From positions 310,001 through 374,000 of the forward strand of contig JAQGDQ010000135.1 in NCBI GenBank assembly GCA_030141605.1: a DNA stretch of 64,000 bases, in the 5' to 3' direction. The notes beneath the pieces were generated by a model, which saw nothing but the letters and a program-made list of their open reading frames with translations, was not told the origin of the DNA and ran no database searches. Below are positions 1 through 20,380 of the stretch, piece by piece; the stretch's first letter is position 1, and each line of letters opens with the position of its first letter. The position numbers and the translations under genes are program-made. Source of the DNA: Tubiluchus corallicola. Taxonomy: Eukaryota; Animalia; Priapulida.

Positions 1-210
1 ACTTTCCTAATTAAAAATAACGACAAAAAGATTTTTTCTATAACACGTTTGTCAGACTTTCTAGTCATCTAATACACTTCCGAAATATAAACGAATCATT
101 TCAAAAGAATGACAATTTGCACAAGACTTAAAAGTTCATAGGTCAATACAATAAAGAAACATCTACCGATCTTGCAATTTTTCTGTTTCTTACACAAGAT
201 TTAGACTTAC

Positions 211-433
211 CATTCAAAGAACTTCCTCTAAACCGAGGCATCACAGTAAGCTCAGTGTGCGTATGTGCCAGCGGAAAATAAAGAAAAAATGGCCCATTTT
301 GACTCTTCTCAATGAACTCCTTGGCATCATCCACAAACCTGTCAGTCAGATTGTCAAAGTTTATTGGCTGCTGAATTATGGTGTCTCCTCGATATATAAA
401 ACACATCAGAGGGTCAGGTTCTTCTACATAAAC
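211..433 (-). CDS. Arylsulfatase coding exon 4
   Basis: tttttag|[23 protein letters not shown]...[12 protein letters not shown]...FRGSSLNG|gtaagt. Confidence 0.9.
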
Positions 434-3400
434 CTAAAAATTATCAAAAGTTTATGAAGTTCGGTATAAGAATTTTCTGACAAACCTCTCTATACTTTGG
501 GACACCAGAAAAAGTTAGCATTACAGCGAGTTTGACATTATAACGAGTTGCATTAAAAATTACGTCTATGCAAATATAGTCATTTTGTTTTGCCAAAAAA
601 TTGGGCGTTAAGCAAGGGGTTGGCATTATAAGGGGGGGAGGGGGCTATAACGAGATGTATGACTGTATATTCATAATGAAAATTGCAATTAATCTACTAT
701 AATTAAAAGAGATGAAACACACACGGTAATTGATGTGATATATCAAAGGTCTTTTTTTCATGCTGTACAGTTAAGATCTTTCTTTCTTCATAACTGACCA
801 AAGAATTTTCCCCAGTACCTAAATACTAATCAAAATACCCAGTTTCATGGGCTTTCGTAAGCAAGCTTAACTGTGAAACGCCTCCTCTTGGTCGAAAAGA
901 AAAATCATTAGCCGTAAAACTGTTGCTAAAGACGGTTTATTGTGGCTGTGATGTCGAGTTTGCTATGAGGACCAATGTTTATCAGATGGGCACAGACTTA
1001 TACTACACTGTAGTTAGTTTGTTTATTGACATTAATAACACATGGCAAATATACTGTAAAATTAACAATCTTACAAGAAATGACCATTTTGTATGCTATA
1101 GAGTTAGAACGCATAACAAGCCAAATTTTATCTACTTTATCATTTAAAAAAATTCAAAACTTTGCAATGAAAAGTAATTTGTTGAGTCTATTAAATCAAA
1201 CATATTATTAAAGGATTGGTTTCTAAAATGTTTAGTAAGTTGACAATCTAACAATACATGTTCCTTATCTTGCATATCTCTGCCACATAAATAAAGCCTT
1301 TGATAATATGGAATTCTACTCCATCTATCAGTTTCCACTTTTAAAAGATGGGATGCCAATCTCATACATGAAGCTGCTATTCTGCAACATTCTAACAAGC
1401 AAAGATTTATAGTAGATAAAGTGTCGACAGACAATTAAAGATTAATCTTCCTGAGATAGTATTGCCTACGCTTTTGGTCTGACGCTTTTATTGTACATGT
1501 AAGTTCCATTTTTTCTTCCTTACAAAGTTAATATTTTATTATTCCATTAATACGTTGTTCTGGCCGCTTTTGAAAAAACAATATGACCTTACACAGCAGC
1601 TGCTAAATAAGGTTAAGTGCAAAGTAGAAAAACTACCCCATGTTGATCACAACTCCAAAAGTTTGTGAATGGTAATATTGTACCAACAAAATCAAATCCA
1701 TGTTTTGATGGTAAGAAAGTACCGTCTGTCGAATTATACTTGTTGATACCTGCAATAAGTAATCATTAAAGCAAGGCAAAGCATAATGGTATTAACTTTT
1801 GTTTTGTGGACGTGAATAAACAGTTAGGCCTATTAAACGATACATTCTAATAAACTTAAGTTGTGCTTACTTAACAAGCCACATAGTGAATGAAAATTTA
1901 AGACAAGGGCTTATTTTGCATTTTGGTATTTGCACTGTATTGGGAATGGGGCCGGCCACAAAAAATTTGTTTCCGTCTTCCCTCATGAGCTCAAAAGATG
2001 TCAGTAGGGAGGGAGAAAATGTTTTTAAAAAAATTAAAAGCTATGTGAAAGTCTAAAGCTGAATCATGAAATTTTTTAAATCAGATGAAATCAGAGTTGG
2101 TTTATTTCTACTGGTGAATGTCAGCTTTTGACCCCAAAACTATAAATGACCTCGGCATATATCGACCCCCCAGGCGTCAATGTCCACCACTTTGGAGATC
2201 CCTGTCCTAGGCTAAACTAGGCTTGGAAAATCTTGCGACTGTTCTCAGATGAAAAACATCAACTAAACTTACTTACACGTGAATAGGGCACATTTTGCCA
2301 ATCAAATTTTCATATCTAACTTCAAAAGCTGGTTTAGAGTAAAACAGAATAATACAGTTCAATGCATGTCTAATGCAATTAAATGCCAGCAAAATGAAGT
2401 ACCTAGTAAAGTTTTCTACTTAAAGTCAAACTAAACCCTCTCTATAAAATAAGCTTTTACAACATAAAATCCTGCTCTCATTACAAATATTCAACTTATT
2501 TTATTATAAACTTACTGTAAACTTACTGATTATTATCACTTCATTACTAGCAGTTTTAAATTTGAAGAAATGAGCACAGTCACGAGGTCTACAAAGATCG
2601 GTAAACAAACATCGGTAACCAAAGACACTTTCTGTACCTCCTATGTCATTCTCGCGCCAAAGATATGAAATATAGCGATCTTTACTGCAATGCATGCATT
2701 CGAAATTCACCAGAAAAAGGTAAGTATTTAATATATAAGTCTCTTTTGTTTAACAATAACTAAGAATTCTTTGTGTAATCATAATAATGTGTTAAAGAAA
2801 CTTCAAGTCTGTGGGGGAGGATTATAAAGGTCTTTAAGAGAGCAATTAATAATACTAGACATTCACACTGAATATTAAAACTCACGTACACACCTAAATG
2901 CCACTTTCCTACAATTGCTGTTTTGTACCCAACATCTCGCAGTGCTTCAGCAATTGTGAGCTCATTCAGTGGTAGGCCAGTGACAGACTGGGGCATATAG
3001 ACGGGTGGCTCCCATTTATTTTGACTATACAATCCCATTCGGATTGGCAACCTGCCTAAAATGTGCAAAGACCAATAATATTATAATTTACCAAACAAAA
3101 ATATGAGCATTTTGAAATAGTCATTTGGCACACTTATGCAGTGGTTGATCAAATTGTAGCAAAAATGTTAAGAAAATTTAGGGTAAATGCTTCACTTTGA
3201 AAAAACAAAAGCTCTGAGAACATAATCTGTAAACATACAATTTGTTGTCCAGTGATCATATCATAAAGTTATCACATCATTATCAATCAATTTCACTCAT
3301 ACATTAACATAAAAGAACTAAGTGAAATCAAATTGATACTGGCTAATCAAATCTTGTTCTACATAATAATAACTCTTGAGAATTTTCTTGTCTCAGAACA

Positions 3401-4094
3401 TCCAATGTAAGGATAGCATACTATGGGGATGGTATAATATTGCAAACTGTAAGTGATTCCTTGATCAAGTGTATCATATTAATTTGTTTAAATTATAATG
3501 ATTACATTTTATGCCGAACACAGTGGCAAAGCTGTAGCTGCAAACCTAGTAGTATAGGACCAATTATCCCTTAAGTAACGCTGAGCACTTACTTAGAGAT
3601 TATTGTAAAATGGAAAAATTCGAAACATTTTATTTATAGGCCTAATTACTTAAATTTAACATAAATTTTCCAAACCCTTTTTGATTTTTTGTCATCTGTA
3701 AAACTTGGTTGGGAAATGTAGTTTAGATGCTTGGAAAATGCACACTCGCAGCTTGGACGCCACTCATTTGAGACCTAGTGCCTCTGCTAATATAATTGAT
3801 AATTATGCCTGTACCTGTTAACAGGGCAGCTCTGCTAGGTGTACACATCATGTACGCTGTGTAAAAACTTGTAAATCGCATTCCGTCTACTGCCATGTTG
3901 TCCACAGGACCCCATTCTTGAGTTGGATGTCCGTAAACGGAGAGATCGCCCCATCCAAAGTCGTCAGCGAAAAATATAACAAAATTCGGTTTCAAGGTTT
4001 TCGGGGAGAATAACGGTGTTATTGCTAATAAACCAAGGCAAGCAAAAATACCTCCCGAGGCAGCTATAACAGTAGATAGTGTTATGCCAGTCAT
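211..4094 (-). CDS. Arylsulfatase (sea-urchin ARS/ARSA-like family), 5' part. Coding exons 4094-3815, 3055-2894, 1749-1637, 433-211; gene continues beyond the left edge.
   Basis: Spliced translation MTGITL...[17 protein letters not shown]...[11 protein letters not shown]|RLPIRMG...[13 protein letters not shown]|[22 protein letters not shown]...|...[12 protein letters not shown]. Has the sulfatase CxPSR formylglycine motif, GKWHLG and the metal-binding DD. All junctions GT-AG with consistent phases. Confidence 0.93.
1150..1480 (-). mobile_element. Decayed non-LTR retrotransposon (LINE) ORF2 C-terminal fragment
   Basis: [40 protein letters not shown] resembles the C-terminal CCHC-type region of RTEX/L2-like ORF2. 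Confidence 0.65.
1637..1749 (-). CDS. Arylsulfatase coding exon 3
   Basis: ttgcag|(G)[37 protein letters not shown]|gtagtt; not in the ORF track, found by phase matching. Confidence 0.9.
2420..2837. mobile_element. Non-autonomous DNA transposon (Kolobok-like, TTAA-flanked), copy 1
   Basis: Colinear with 53411-53865 over its full length; both copies begin TTAAAG and end CTTTAA. Confidence 0.7.
2894..3055 (-). CDS. Arylsulfatase coding exon 2
   Basis: tttag|GC AGG TTG CCA... (G)RLPIRMGLY...[21 protein letters not shown]; donor G|GTGTGT. Confidence 0.92.
3815..4094 (-). CDS. Arylsulfatase coding exon 1 (hydrophobic N-terminus, ADD, CTPSR)
   Basis: First in-frame ATG at 4094; donor G|GTACAG at 3814. 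The exon probably starts at 4174 (acceptor tttttag) with 5'UTR. Confidence 0.88.
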
Positions 4095-7000
4095 GGTACA
4101 CACGCACCAAAGAATTGACAGTCCTAGTGTCAACGCCGTGACCGAAACTGATTTAGCATTTTCAAAACTAGCACCTAAAAATTAAAACATGATTTATTTT
4201 TAACAAACTCAGACACTTGTAAAAAGTCTGGGCTGCTAACAATTATTTGCTGCTATCAGTGCGTGCAAAACAGCAACCGAACTTCAATAGAAGAAACCGA
4301 GAACCAGCTCAGGCACAGGCATTTCTAAACAGTGTAAACAACACAATTCTAGTTAAGTGTGTTTTATTTACCTAGCTAAGTTGACGCTTGCATTGTCGAT
4401 TCGGTCGAGTTTTAAAAAAACATTATAGTGCTCGAGTGTGTTAACTGTTGACGTAATAATTATTATCCCACTAACATATAATTGTTACGATACTGCTTGT
4501 AAATACAAGTGAGATAAACATCTATTTTTTTATTAAAATTTGTTTTTATCACTTCAGGGAGGAACAGTTTGTAATAATTAATCCGGGGTCATGTCAATTT
4601 GACACAAATTTACTTCACCTGCCACCAACTTGTTGTAATTATAATTATTAACACCCTAAATTACTACAATCTTGATAACTCTATTATTTATAAATCAGGG
4701 CATTCAAACTACGGGATCACTCACATTTTACTCACGAGATCAATTCATGAAAAGTGGAAAAAACTATATCTATGCCGGGGAGTTGCACATAATCCTGTCT
4801 GGTAGCAAAAAAGAAAAAATACAAGAACAAATTTGTTCATTGTAACTGTTACGATGAACTACCTGAACTTTTTAATAGCCATAAAGAATGCCATTTTTAG
4901 ATAAAAATTTTTGTTCGCAGACGATTTATTTTAATTTGCGTTTTCTACAGTATTTTACATTTGGCTCGTAAATATTGTGAAGGCTTCACTGGAAATAATT
5001 ACATGGTAAAATTATTATCTAATCCCGAAAAATCTAAATGTTTACATTTTTGCCCAAACGTTGAAAAGGACTTATTTATCTGCACAATAAAATTGCATCT
5101 ATTATTAATGACGATAAATACTTGGGGCCTAAAACTAAGTGACAGCATAGATATTATGGTATCACACACAATTATTTTATGCGCCTGTTATTGTCTTAAC
5201 TCTCTATTCTCTATACGTAATTATAAATTTTGGTAAGTGTTTTAAAGCTGTGAAGTCACAATAATTATTATTGAATTATCTTTTCAAACGTCTCATTTTT
5301 ATCCGCGAGCATTGGATGTCGACCATAAATATATAAATAAGTTACGGAAAGCTTCGAGTTGGCTATAAACCGTATGTTAGAGGGATTCAAAGCTATTTCA
5401 TCTGAGGCGTGACTGTACTGCACTACTGTGTTTCAAAAGTGTTTGTACAAAACTTAAAGTATTTCGTATTTTATGCGTATTCGTAGAAGATGTTATTATT
5501 GTTTTGGAAACAGCCTTTGTAAATTTAAAGTTGTTTTTTTGTTAGTCATTTTTCCTTGTTGGACTTAATGTATGATTTGCCATTCTTCAAAATGTAGAAT
5601 AATCATTTAATGCAGGCATAATGAACGAATCAATTTAATCAAATCACGTAATTTAATTAGTAAATCTCTTACTTCGATCTCTCTCTTTTTAAATTACTAG
5701 GTTTTTATAATTATAATTGGCATATGGTCATTGTATTTTTATATGGTCATTACCTATTTTTAGTAAAACAAACTTAACTTTTCGATTAGTGTAGTCTCTT
5801 GCTTCTTTGATCGCTACTTCTATCAATTCTATGGTTACTGGTTCGTAAACGCTGACAGCTTGTTCTTAGCAATCGTTTTCTTTTGTTTCTCATAGACATT
5901 CCTAGCTGTAAACAACTGTTTATGAATTTATAAATCCAGCTTTTTTCTTTCGGGCTTCTGATCAGCGAAATTCTCTATCAATACAAGAACAACATTAACA
6001 TATACAGTATACCACTAGCAAATTAGCTATATGAATTATATTTCTTAATTTTACGTTTTTACTGTATTCTCTTACTTTGCCAGGTTTTTGGCCTGGTTTA
6101 GAGCGACATGTGTAAAAACGTTACTGTTCATTTCTATAGTTGCCAAGGATTGCTATTTTGTCCTTTGTTAAATCCTTGTTCAAATTCTATAAGAGCTATT
6201 GTTCCTTATTATTTGATTTTTCTTCTTCACATCAGTTTTAAGTTTATCTCACGGCGCAAAATTTTTTGGACTGATCTGATGCATAAATTCAAACATATTT
6301 GCCGAATATTGACTTTCATGCGTCAAAGGTGAATAATGACGTGAATTAGATATACGATAATGCAATTACAACATCTGCTGCCAAAATCGGTGACAATTAT
6401 GTTTATATCATCCAAAATCTAACCTATTCACTGATTCTATTAGCAAAACGAAAATTTTAATTAAGAATGTTTAGCGACAGTAAAAGACCTCACTACAATC
6501 TGAAATGTCACTCAAAAGTTATTTTTTTTATTTTTAAGGTATAGTTTTTAAAATATCACATTTTAACTAAATTATACATCTGTAGAAATTTAACGTATTA
6601 CTTTGTAGATTTAGTCACTTATTACTAATTAATCTATACGAATTAAAATTTGAAAATGCATATAACAAACGTTCAATACATATATCAGCTCAACAAGCAA
6701 AAGTATTACTGGTAGCCTTTTAAACTGAAAAAGACTACATTTACGTGTCTTAATCGAAAAGTCCATCCATGTTTTTAAATATAACAACTTACATAATCGT
6801 TTTGCAAGTCTAGTTTTCATTTAGGTTGCAAAACGATGAGGTACTGAAGATATTGCAGTAAAATGTAACCATTACCTAAGTTTGTTTTTGGACTTGTATA
6901 TGAGTTTCACGGATCCGTCAATTTTACTGAAAACGCAATGAGGATGAGTGATGACTAGTTGCAAGAAACACATTAGTTATGCAGCGTTTTAGTAATATGT

Positions 7001-7891
7001 TTCATGGAAATTAATTCAGCTTTTGTTGTAACAGATGTAAGCAACGCCATTGCTCACAATCCACTTGATGCCTTAATTAACAGTTTCTACTATCATAGCA
7101 ACCAGGTACGTTATGATAAACTAATCATAGTATTGTCATACACACGCTTCGACGAGTTTTGTTAGAGTGAAGTTTGTTCTTTTACTATACAACTGCATTT
7201 TTGAGTTTTTATAATTTTTAACTAAATTTTCCTCGCAAAAACTACTGAAAAAGTTATCTTTTGTGAAAAGAGACAGCGGAACAGTGATGATTGTTTGTTT
7301 AACTTTATACACGGATGTTTTATACATCGAACTACGAACACGCTAAGTGACCAAATTGGTTTAGACGCGTCAAACATAGTAAGGGCGTTTAAAAGACAGC
7401 CAAGGAAAATAGTATGACTTTATTGTTTTTACAGTGATGACAGGGTCGCCAACAATCTTTTCTCTTGAAAAATAAGAAATAGTTAAAAATAAGTGATGCA
7501 GTTAGTGCTAGTGTAACGAATGGTGATGAAACGATATAAAACAAGTTCTTGTCTTGTCTTTACGACCCTTCTGTTTGAGTTACATAAAGGATCATAAATT
7601 TAGACAGGTGACATTAAAAGATGTCAGCAGACCACTGCAAACAGGTGCAAACTGCACACAGGTACACATCGTAGTGCTCATTAGGACAGGTATTGAACTC
7701 ACTGGACTGCAACACTTCATTACCTGTTACACAAAGTTAATGCAAGGTAGGAGTGGCATATAAACATGCGCGAGGATGGCAAAGTGATCTTTAAATACAC
7801 CGATAACTATACTTACATCACCGTGTAATTTTATTGCCCACTAATTTACGTTAGGCACACGTACCGGTTAAAGCGTGCCCATCCTAATATA

Positions 7892-7960
7892 GACCATCCA
7901 AGGCTTTGTTTTATAAAAGGTGATCTGCGTCTATGATCAGAGTCAAACGGTAAATAAACA
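7892..7960 (+). promoter_or_regulatory. Candidate Fer3 core promoter: TATAAAA (7912-7918), Gli-like GACCATCCA (7892-7900), forkhead-like GTAAATAAACA (7950-7960)
   Basis: Motif matches about 400 bp upstream of the Fer3 ORF; TSS not known. Confidence 0.35.
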
Positions 7961-8328
7961 GCCACTCGGGAGTCATATTATTAAGATATATTTGGGGCGG
8001 TGCTAGCTTAGGTTGCAGAGAAAAAGTACTTGATATTAATATATGTCACAAAAATTGTCTTAGAAAGAACATCGAATTTTAAAATCAAATTCGCGACTTT
8101 GGTTTTAAAATACAAACACTGATATATTATAATGTTATAATTACCTGACGATACATACCTCGTTTAGCTCGCCACATCTGAAGTTGCAGTACCTGAAATA
8201 ACAGTTACCCAACCGTTATTATGAAGGGATAGAACAGAACGAAGTCAGAACCGAGATAGAGCAGACGTTCTTAAAAACTGTGGGCTATATGGTTTAATTT
8301 GATGAATTCTTAAACCGAATTAAAGTAA

Positions 8329-9285
8329 ATGATTGCTAAAGTGTTAAAAGAAGCCATGTATTTACCCATAGAAAATCAAAGTCATTTAACTCAAAGCGAA
8401 GTTTCTCTGCCAACTCAAATAGAAGACGTTTCCTACGTTCAGACGGCGGTTGCAGAGCCGCGTGCGGAATCAGAGCTGGTCAAAGAGTGTCCCGAAAGCA
8501 GCGAGACGGAATGCCAAACGCTTTACTGGGATTTGGACAGCATACAAGTTTTGCCGCTGCAAAAAAATGCAACTTCTACGTCCCAGCATCACGAAGTGGT
8601 GACATTTCACAAGGACACCGTCAGTCAAGAACAACAGGTAATGGAGCAACAGAAGGATTCTGCATTTCATCAACATGTTCATCAAGAAATTGTCTCCGAG
8701 TTCCACTTTGAATTTTCTGCTCCCACATTACAGGACGCAGTCCAGGAAGCAGTTGGACATTACGATGATTCGTATGGAAACTATCAGGCAATACCAGAAC
8801 AGCAATACCATGACACCTGGTGGACAAATGTGAGTGATTCCAACAGCACTGATAGTACTAGTGATGCATGTTACCCCACTTACCCCATGGTTATATCGTC
8901 CGAGAATGTCAATCCTCTTGGGATAGATATGCAGTTTCCTACCCAGATGACGTCAGTCATACGTCATCAAGGCGTTCGGATAAACAATGGGAAAGCAACA
9001 ACGAAACCAAAGCGGAAACGGGTAACTACGCCCATTCAGCGTAAAGCAGCGAACGTACGAGAACGTAAGCGCATGTTTAATCTAAACGAAGCTTTCGATA
9101 ATTTGCGAAAGAAAGTGCCGACATTTTCCTACGAGAAACGGCTGTCAAGGATAGAAACGCTTCGATTAGCTATTATTTACATTAACTTCATGAGCAGCAT
9201 TGTTGGCGGTTGTAGTATCTACGGGCCAGAACAACAGTGTAATTACCAGCCTGTGTATCAAGAAGTGTGCAGACAGATTCACTAA
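8329..9285 (+). CDS. fer3: Fer3/FERD3L (Nato3, PTFb family) bHLH transcription factor, single exon
   Basis: C-terminal b[65 protein letters not shown] closely matches FERD3L/Fer3; acidic Q/S-rich N-terminus. Start could be 8329 or 8356. AATAAA at 9781. Confidence 0.93.
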   Translation: MIAKVLKEAMYLPIENQSHLTQSEVSLPTQIEDVSYVQTAVAEPRAESELVKECPESSETECQTLYWDLDSIQVLPLQKNATSTSQHHEVVTFHKDTVSQEQQVMEQQKDSAFHQHVHQEIVSEFHFEFSAPTLQDAVQEAVGHYDDSYGNYQAIPEQQYHDTWWTNVSDSNSTDSTSDACYPTYPMVISSENVNPLGIDMQFPTQMTSVIRHQGVRINNGKATTKPKRKRVTTPIQRKAANVRERKRMFNLNEAFDNLRKKVPTFSYEKRLSRIETLRLAIIYINFMSSIVGGCSIYGPEQQCNYQPVYQEVCRQIH

Positions 9286-10827
9286 GCTAAAGAAAACAGA
9301 CTTGAGGAGTCCAATGGCGTGTGATGGTATCAATATTTATGTGGTATTTAATGTAATTTACTTATGCGTATTGTTATTTATAACTTATTTGTACATAATA
9401 GTTTATCGATGGCATTGGGATATTCAACATACAAACAGGTTTTACTATAGAGTTTATTTATATTTTTAGTGTTTTTGGTGAATATGTGTGTATTTAAGTA
9501 CAAGTTAACAAACGATATTACTTGGCATAACATTGTGCAATGATATTAAAACAGGCCAAAGCATTTTGCATTTAGACTTTGAAAACATAATAACGTACTA
9601 GAGAAAAAACTGGATTTTGTGTTTAGGTTGAAAAGCTGAAAAGTTTAAAAACAAATTTTTATGTATTATTTGTGTTTTTATGTTTTTTGTAGAGCATTTT
9701 TGTCTGACTTGTTCAATTTGCGTAGAAAAATTATCAAGCTCTTATAGACTGCATTTCGCTCGTAAAAAACGCCAAATAACAATAAAAAACGTAACCGGCA
9801 GCTGCAAAACGAAAACGAAAATAGATTTAAAATGAATTTTGCGCAAGCGTGAACCAAATTTTCCGTTATATGTTTCGAAACTGATCTAATTTTACGTAAT
9901 TAAAGTGAAACAAGAGCAAGTGGCTTCGCTTCTCTAAGCATATTTATGCCTTATAGTCTCCATGAGGCATAAATGTGGTATAGTACTAGACATAGTACTA
10001 GAGATAACTAGTACTATCTCTAGTACTAGTTATGACTAATTGATAACTCTCTACTAGTATTTAAATTAAGTAGAGTAATTTAAGTACTAGTTCATATCAG
10101 CACAGTTAACAGGCTTTAACAATCTATTATTAATTATCACACAATAAAGAATTCATCGACGGCGAGTGCGTTTTAGACAAAATAATAAACTTCATTAAAG
10201 TAATAATAGCATATCATTATGATTATGAATATAAACATAATTTTTCAGACCGTTTAAACATCGAATTTAAAAATATTGTAATTTGTCCTTTGTTAGATCA
10301 AAATCTTACAGCACTTCCATTAACACAGAATCATAAGCATGTAATGGTGTAGATGTTCGGATGCTGTTGAAAAACATGGCACTAATTTATGTGATGTTTT
10401 AACTAATTAAATACAATTATTTGTTTCGATATATTTGTAAAAACGAATAAGCATAATAAAGTTCAAATGATGCTACTCCATTTTAAATGATTCTATATAA
10501 ACGAAAACAAATTATAAATCTTTTATGCTTATAGTTGTCAGAGAAAAAACAAATAGAGTATGTGATTACAAAAATCAGTGCTTAACATAATACCTTTACT
10601 GTTATTTTACAGACTTGCGTTAAATTCAAGCAGTAAAACCGGCACATTAAAACTCATCATTAATTGCACACATTGCATACATCTTATTTACATAGAAATT
10701 TAATAATTAGGATCTATAGTTATGAGTATAAAGAACAAAAGCGTGGTCCTCAAAAAATGCACAATTTTTTTGTTTCACGTACTTTAATATTTGCACACTG
10801 AAACAAAGAAAGTATGAAATTGTTTCC

Positions 10828-18465
<7,638 letters not shown>

Positions 18466-18663
18466 GGTTAATCTGGATCTAAAACGCAAAATGTGACATT
18501 AAAGAATTGTAGATCTCAATGATGAATTTAAAGTGATTAAAATTTTTGATTTTTTAATTGTATACGTTGTACTAAGGAAGTTATGTACGTAGAATAACTA
18601 CAGAAAATGTGGGTATATACTTTGAAAAAAGTTTTTTGGTATACGCCTACCAAAGATGGTGAA

Positions 18664-19016
18664 CAGTGGCGTAGCTGATACGGGAGCATCCACTCTACCG
18701 AGCACATTTTTTTAAACTATTTTGTTCACTTGTGTGATAAAAGTTGAATCGTTTTTCATTTTTAGTTACATGGCTTTGGAAGGAATTTCTGGAGTCATTA
18801 CTTTATTTGACCAATCTATAAAGGTTTCAGTGTCTTTACGTTTTATTATGAGGTTTACTTATTATAACAGTTATGTACTTCCTTTAAACTGTGTGTTCCT
18901 CTTGTTTTGATTGAAATTAAAATGTACGTATAATCAATGGGTTAAGTTCGGTATGTGTCACGGCGCCTTTTTTATGTACTTGCTCCCCCTAACTTTAGAA
19001 TCTGGCTACGCCCCCG
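18664..19016. mobile_element. hAT-like MITE (degraded)
   Basis: Terminal inverted repeats CAGTGGCGTAGC ... GCTACGCCCCCG; TSD not clearly preserved. Confidence 0.5.
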
Positions 19017-19410
19017 GTTGCAAACAGTAGGCCTGTAGATACTTATTTATTTTACTTATTTCTTTATTTATTACGACTTAAAACGAATCAACTGAATGCT
19101 TGAGACAGTCGATATCTGAATCCACTTATCAATGTTCTATTTTTAATTGTTTAGCTTTTCATTATCCATGTTGTACAAATAAGCTTATTTTAAATGTATA
19201 GTATTATATTATTACTTTAGTGTAATTAATTTTAAGCCAATTGCATATTATTTATATTTTCGGACAATCTGCGTATCAGTTATGTGAAACTGCCTTATTC
19301 AAACCAACAAGCTATGTTTAAAATAAGATATCTGATCTCAAGTTTATCAGCAGCTAATATAGTAAAGCTAATTTTAAACAAATTGAAAGTAAAAACATTA
19401 CGATTCTTAC

Positions 19411-19500
19411 CTTTGACAGATGATATCTCACTATCCCAGACTACACGCATGAATGATAAAGAAATAGCTTGCTATAGGCGATGTACTATGTATGATAAAA
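19411..19500 (-). other. Probable non-coding first (5'UTR) exon of cathepsin B; upstream boundary approximate
   Basis: Strong donor AAG|GTAAGA at 19411/19410. The ATG exon has an acceptor 13 nt upstream of the start, so an upstream exon is expected. Confidence 0.45.
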
Positions 19501-19982
19501 CCTTTAGTGCACATTATATACTTAATGTAGACCCTGTAACTCCACGTAAGTAAACATATGTACGCCATGTTTATTAATACAGTCACATGCTGCTTTACTC
19601 TTGAATAGGGGGTGTTTCAAAAATGTTTATCTAAACCTGGATGTTAAACAACGCGGAGATTATGAGGCTTGAATTTTGTTCGGGGTTGGTTGGGTTATCA
19701 ATAAGCCTAATGGTTCGTAGTTTTAAATGATTTGTGTTCAACTCTTTTCACTTGTGGAAAAAACTTTCACTCTAATGCAAATTGGCAGATTTATGCACTG
19801 ACCCGCAATTTAAAATGACTTTTATGGTTTTTTGGAATTATCAGAATTTCACACTATTCCTTCATACACAGATTAAAGTGAAGGGGGCCCGTTTTTTTGA
19901 GCACAACTGTAAACTCCAGCTGAGTCTATTTCATTGCACAGGAAAAAACCGGAAGCAGAATAATGACGTGTGTCAGTGGTAT

Positions 19983-20091
19983 CAGGGCCGGCCTTAGGTA
20001 ATTGGAGGCCCTAGGCGAAGTGAATTTGGTGGCCCCAAATGAAATAGAAAAATAAAAAACTAAATACGAAAAAAATAAAATTACGCAATTT

Positions 20092-20159
<68 letters not shown>

Positions 20160-20248
20160 AAGCAAAAAATGTTACCTCGGCGTGAGGCCCCCTGGAGGGT
20201 GGGGCCCTAGGCGGTTGCCTAGTTTGCCTATGCTTAAGGCCGGCCCTG
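19983..20248. mobile_element. hAT-like MITE with internal (GA)n
   Basis: Perfect 14-bp TIRs CAGGGCCGGCCTTA / TAAGGCCGGCCCTG; flanking direct repeat GTGGTAT; (GA)n at 20095-20155. Confidence 0.88.
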
Positions 20249-20380
20249 GTGGTATCAAAATCGACGCGCATTGTTTTTTAATTTCATATTTAAACACATT
20301 CAATATTTAATTTCAATTAACCTGCTCATTTTGGCGGTAGCACTAACACTAAACTATTTAATTGTTAACTGTAGACCCAA

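Noticed and set aside
4372-4393. ATG in a putative upstream arylsulfatase exon as the true start
   Set aside because: ATG CAA GCG TCA ACT TAG terminates before the donor at 4371; at most a uORF.
8470-8827. ORFs overlapping Fer3 in other frames and strands
   Set aside because: Shadow ORFs of a GC-richer coding exon.
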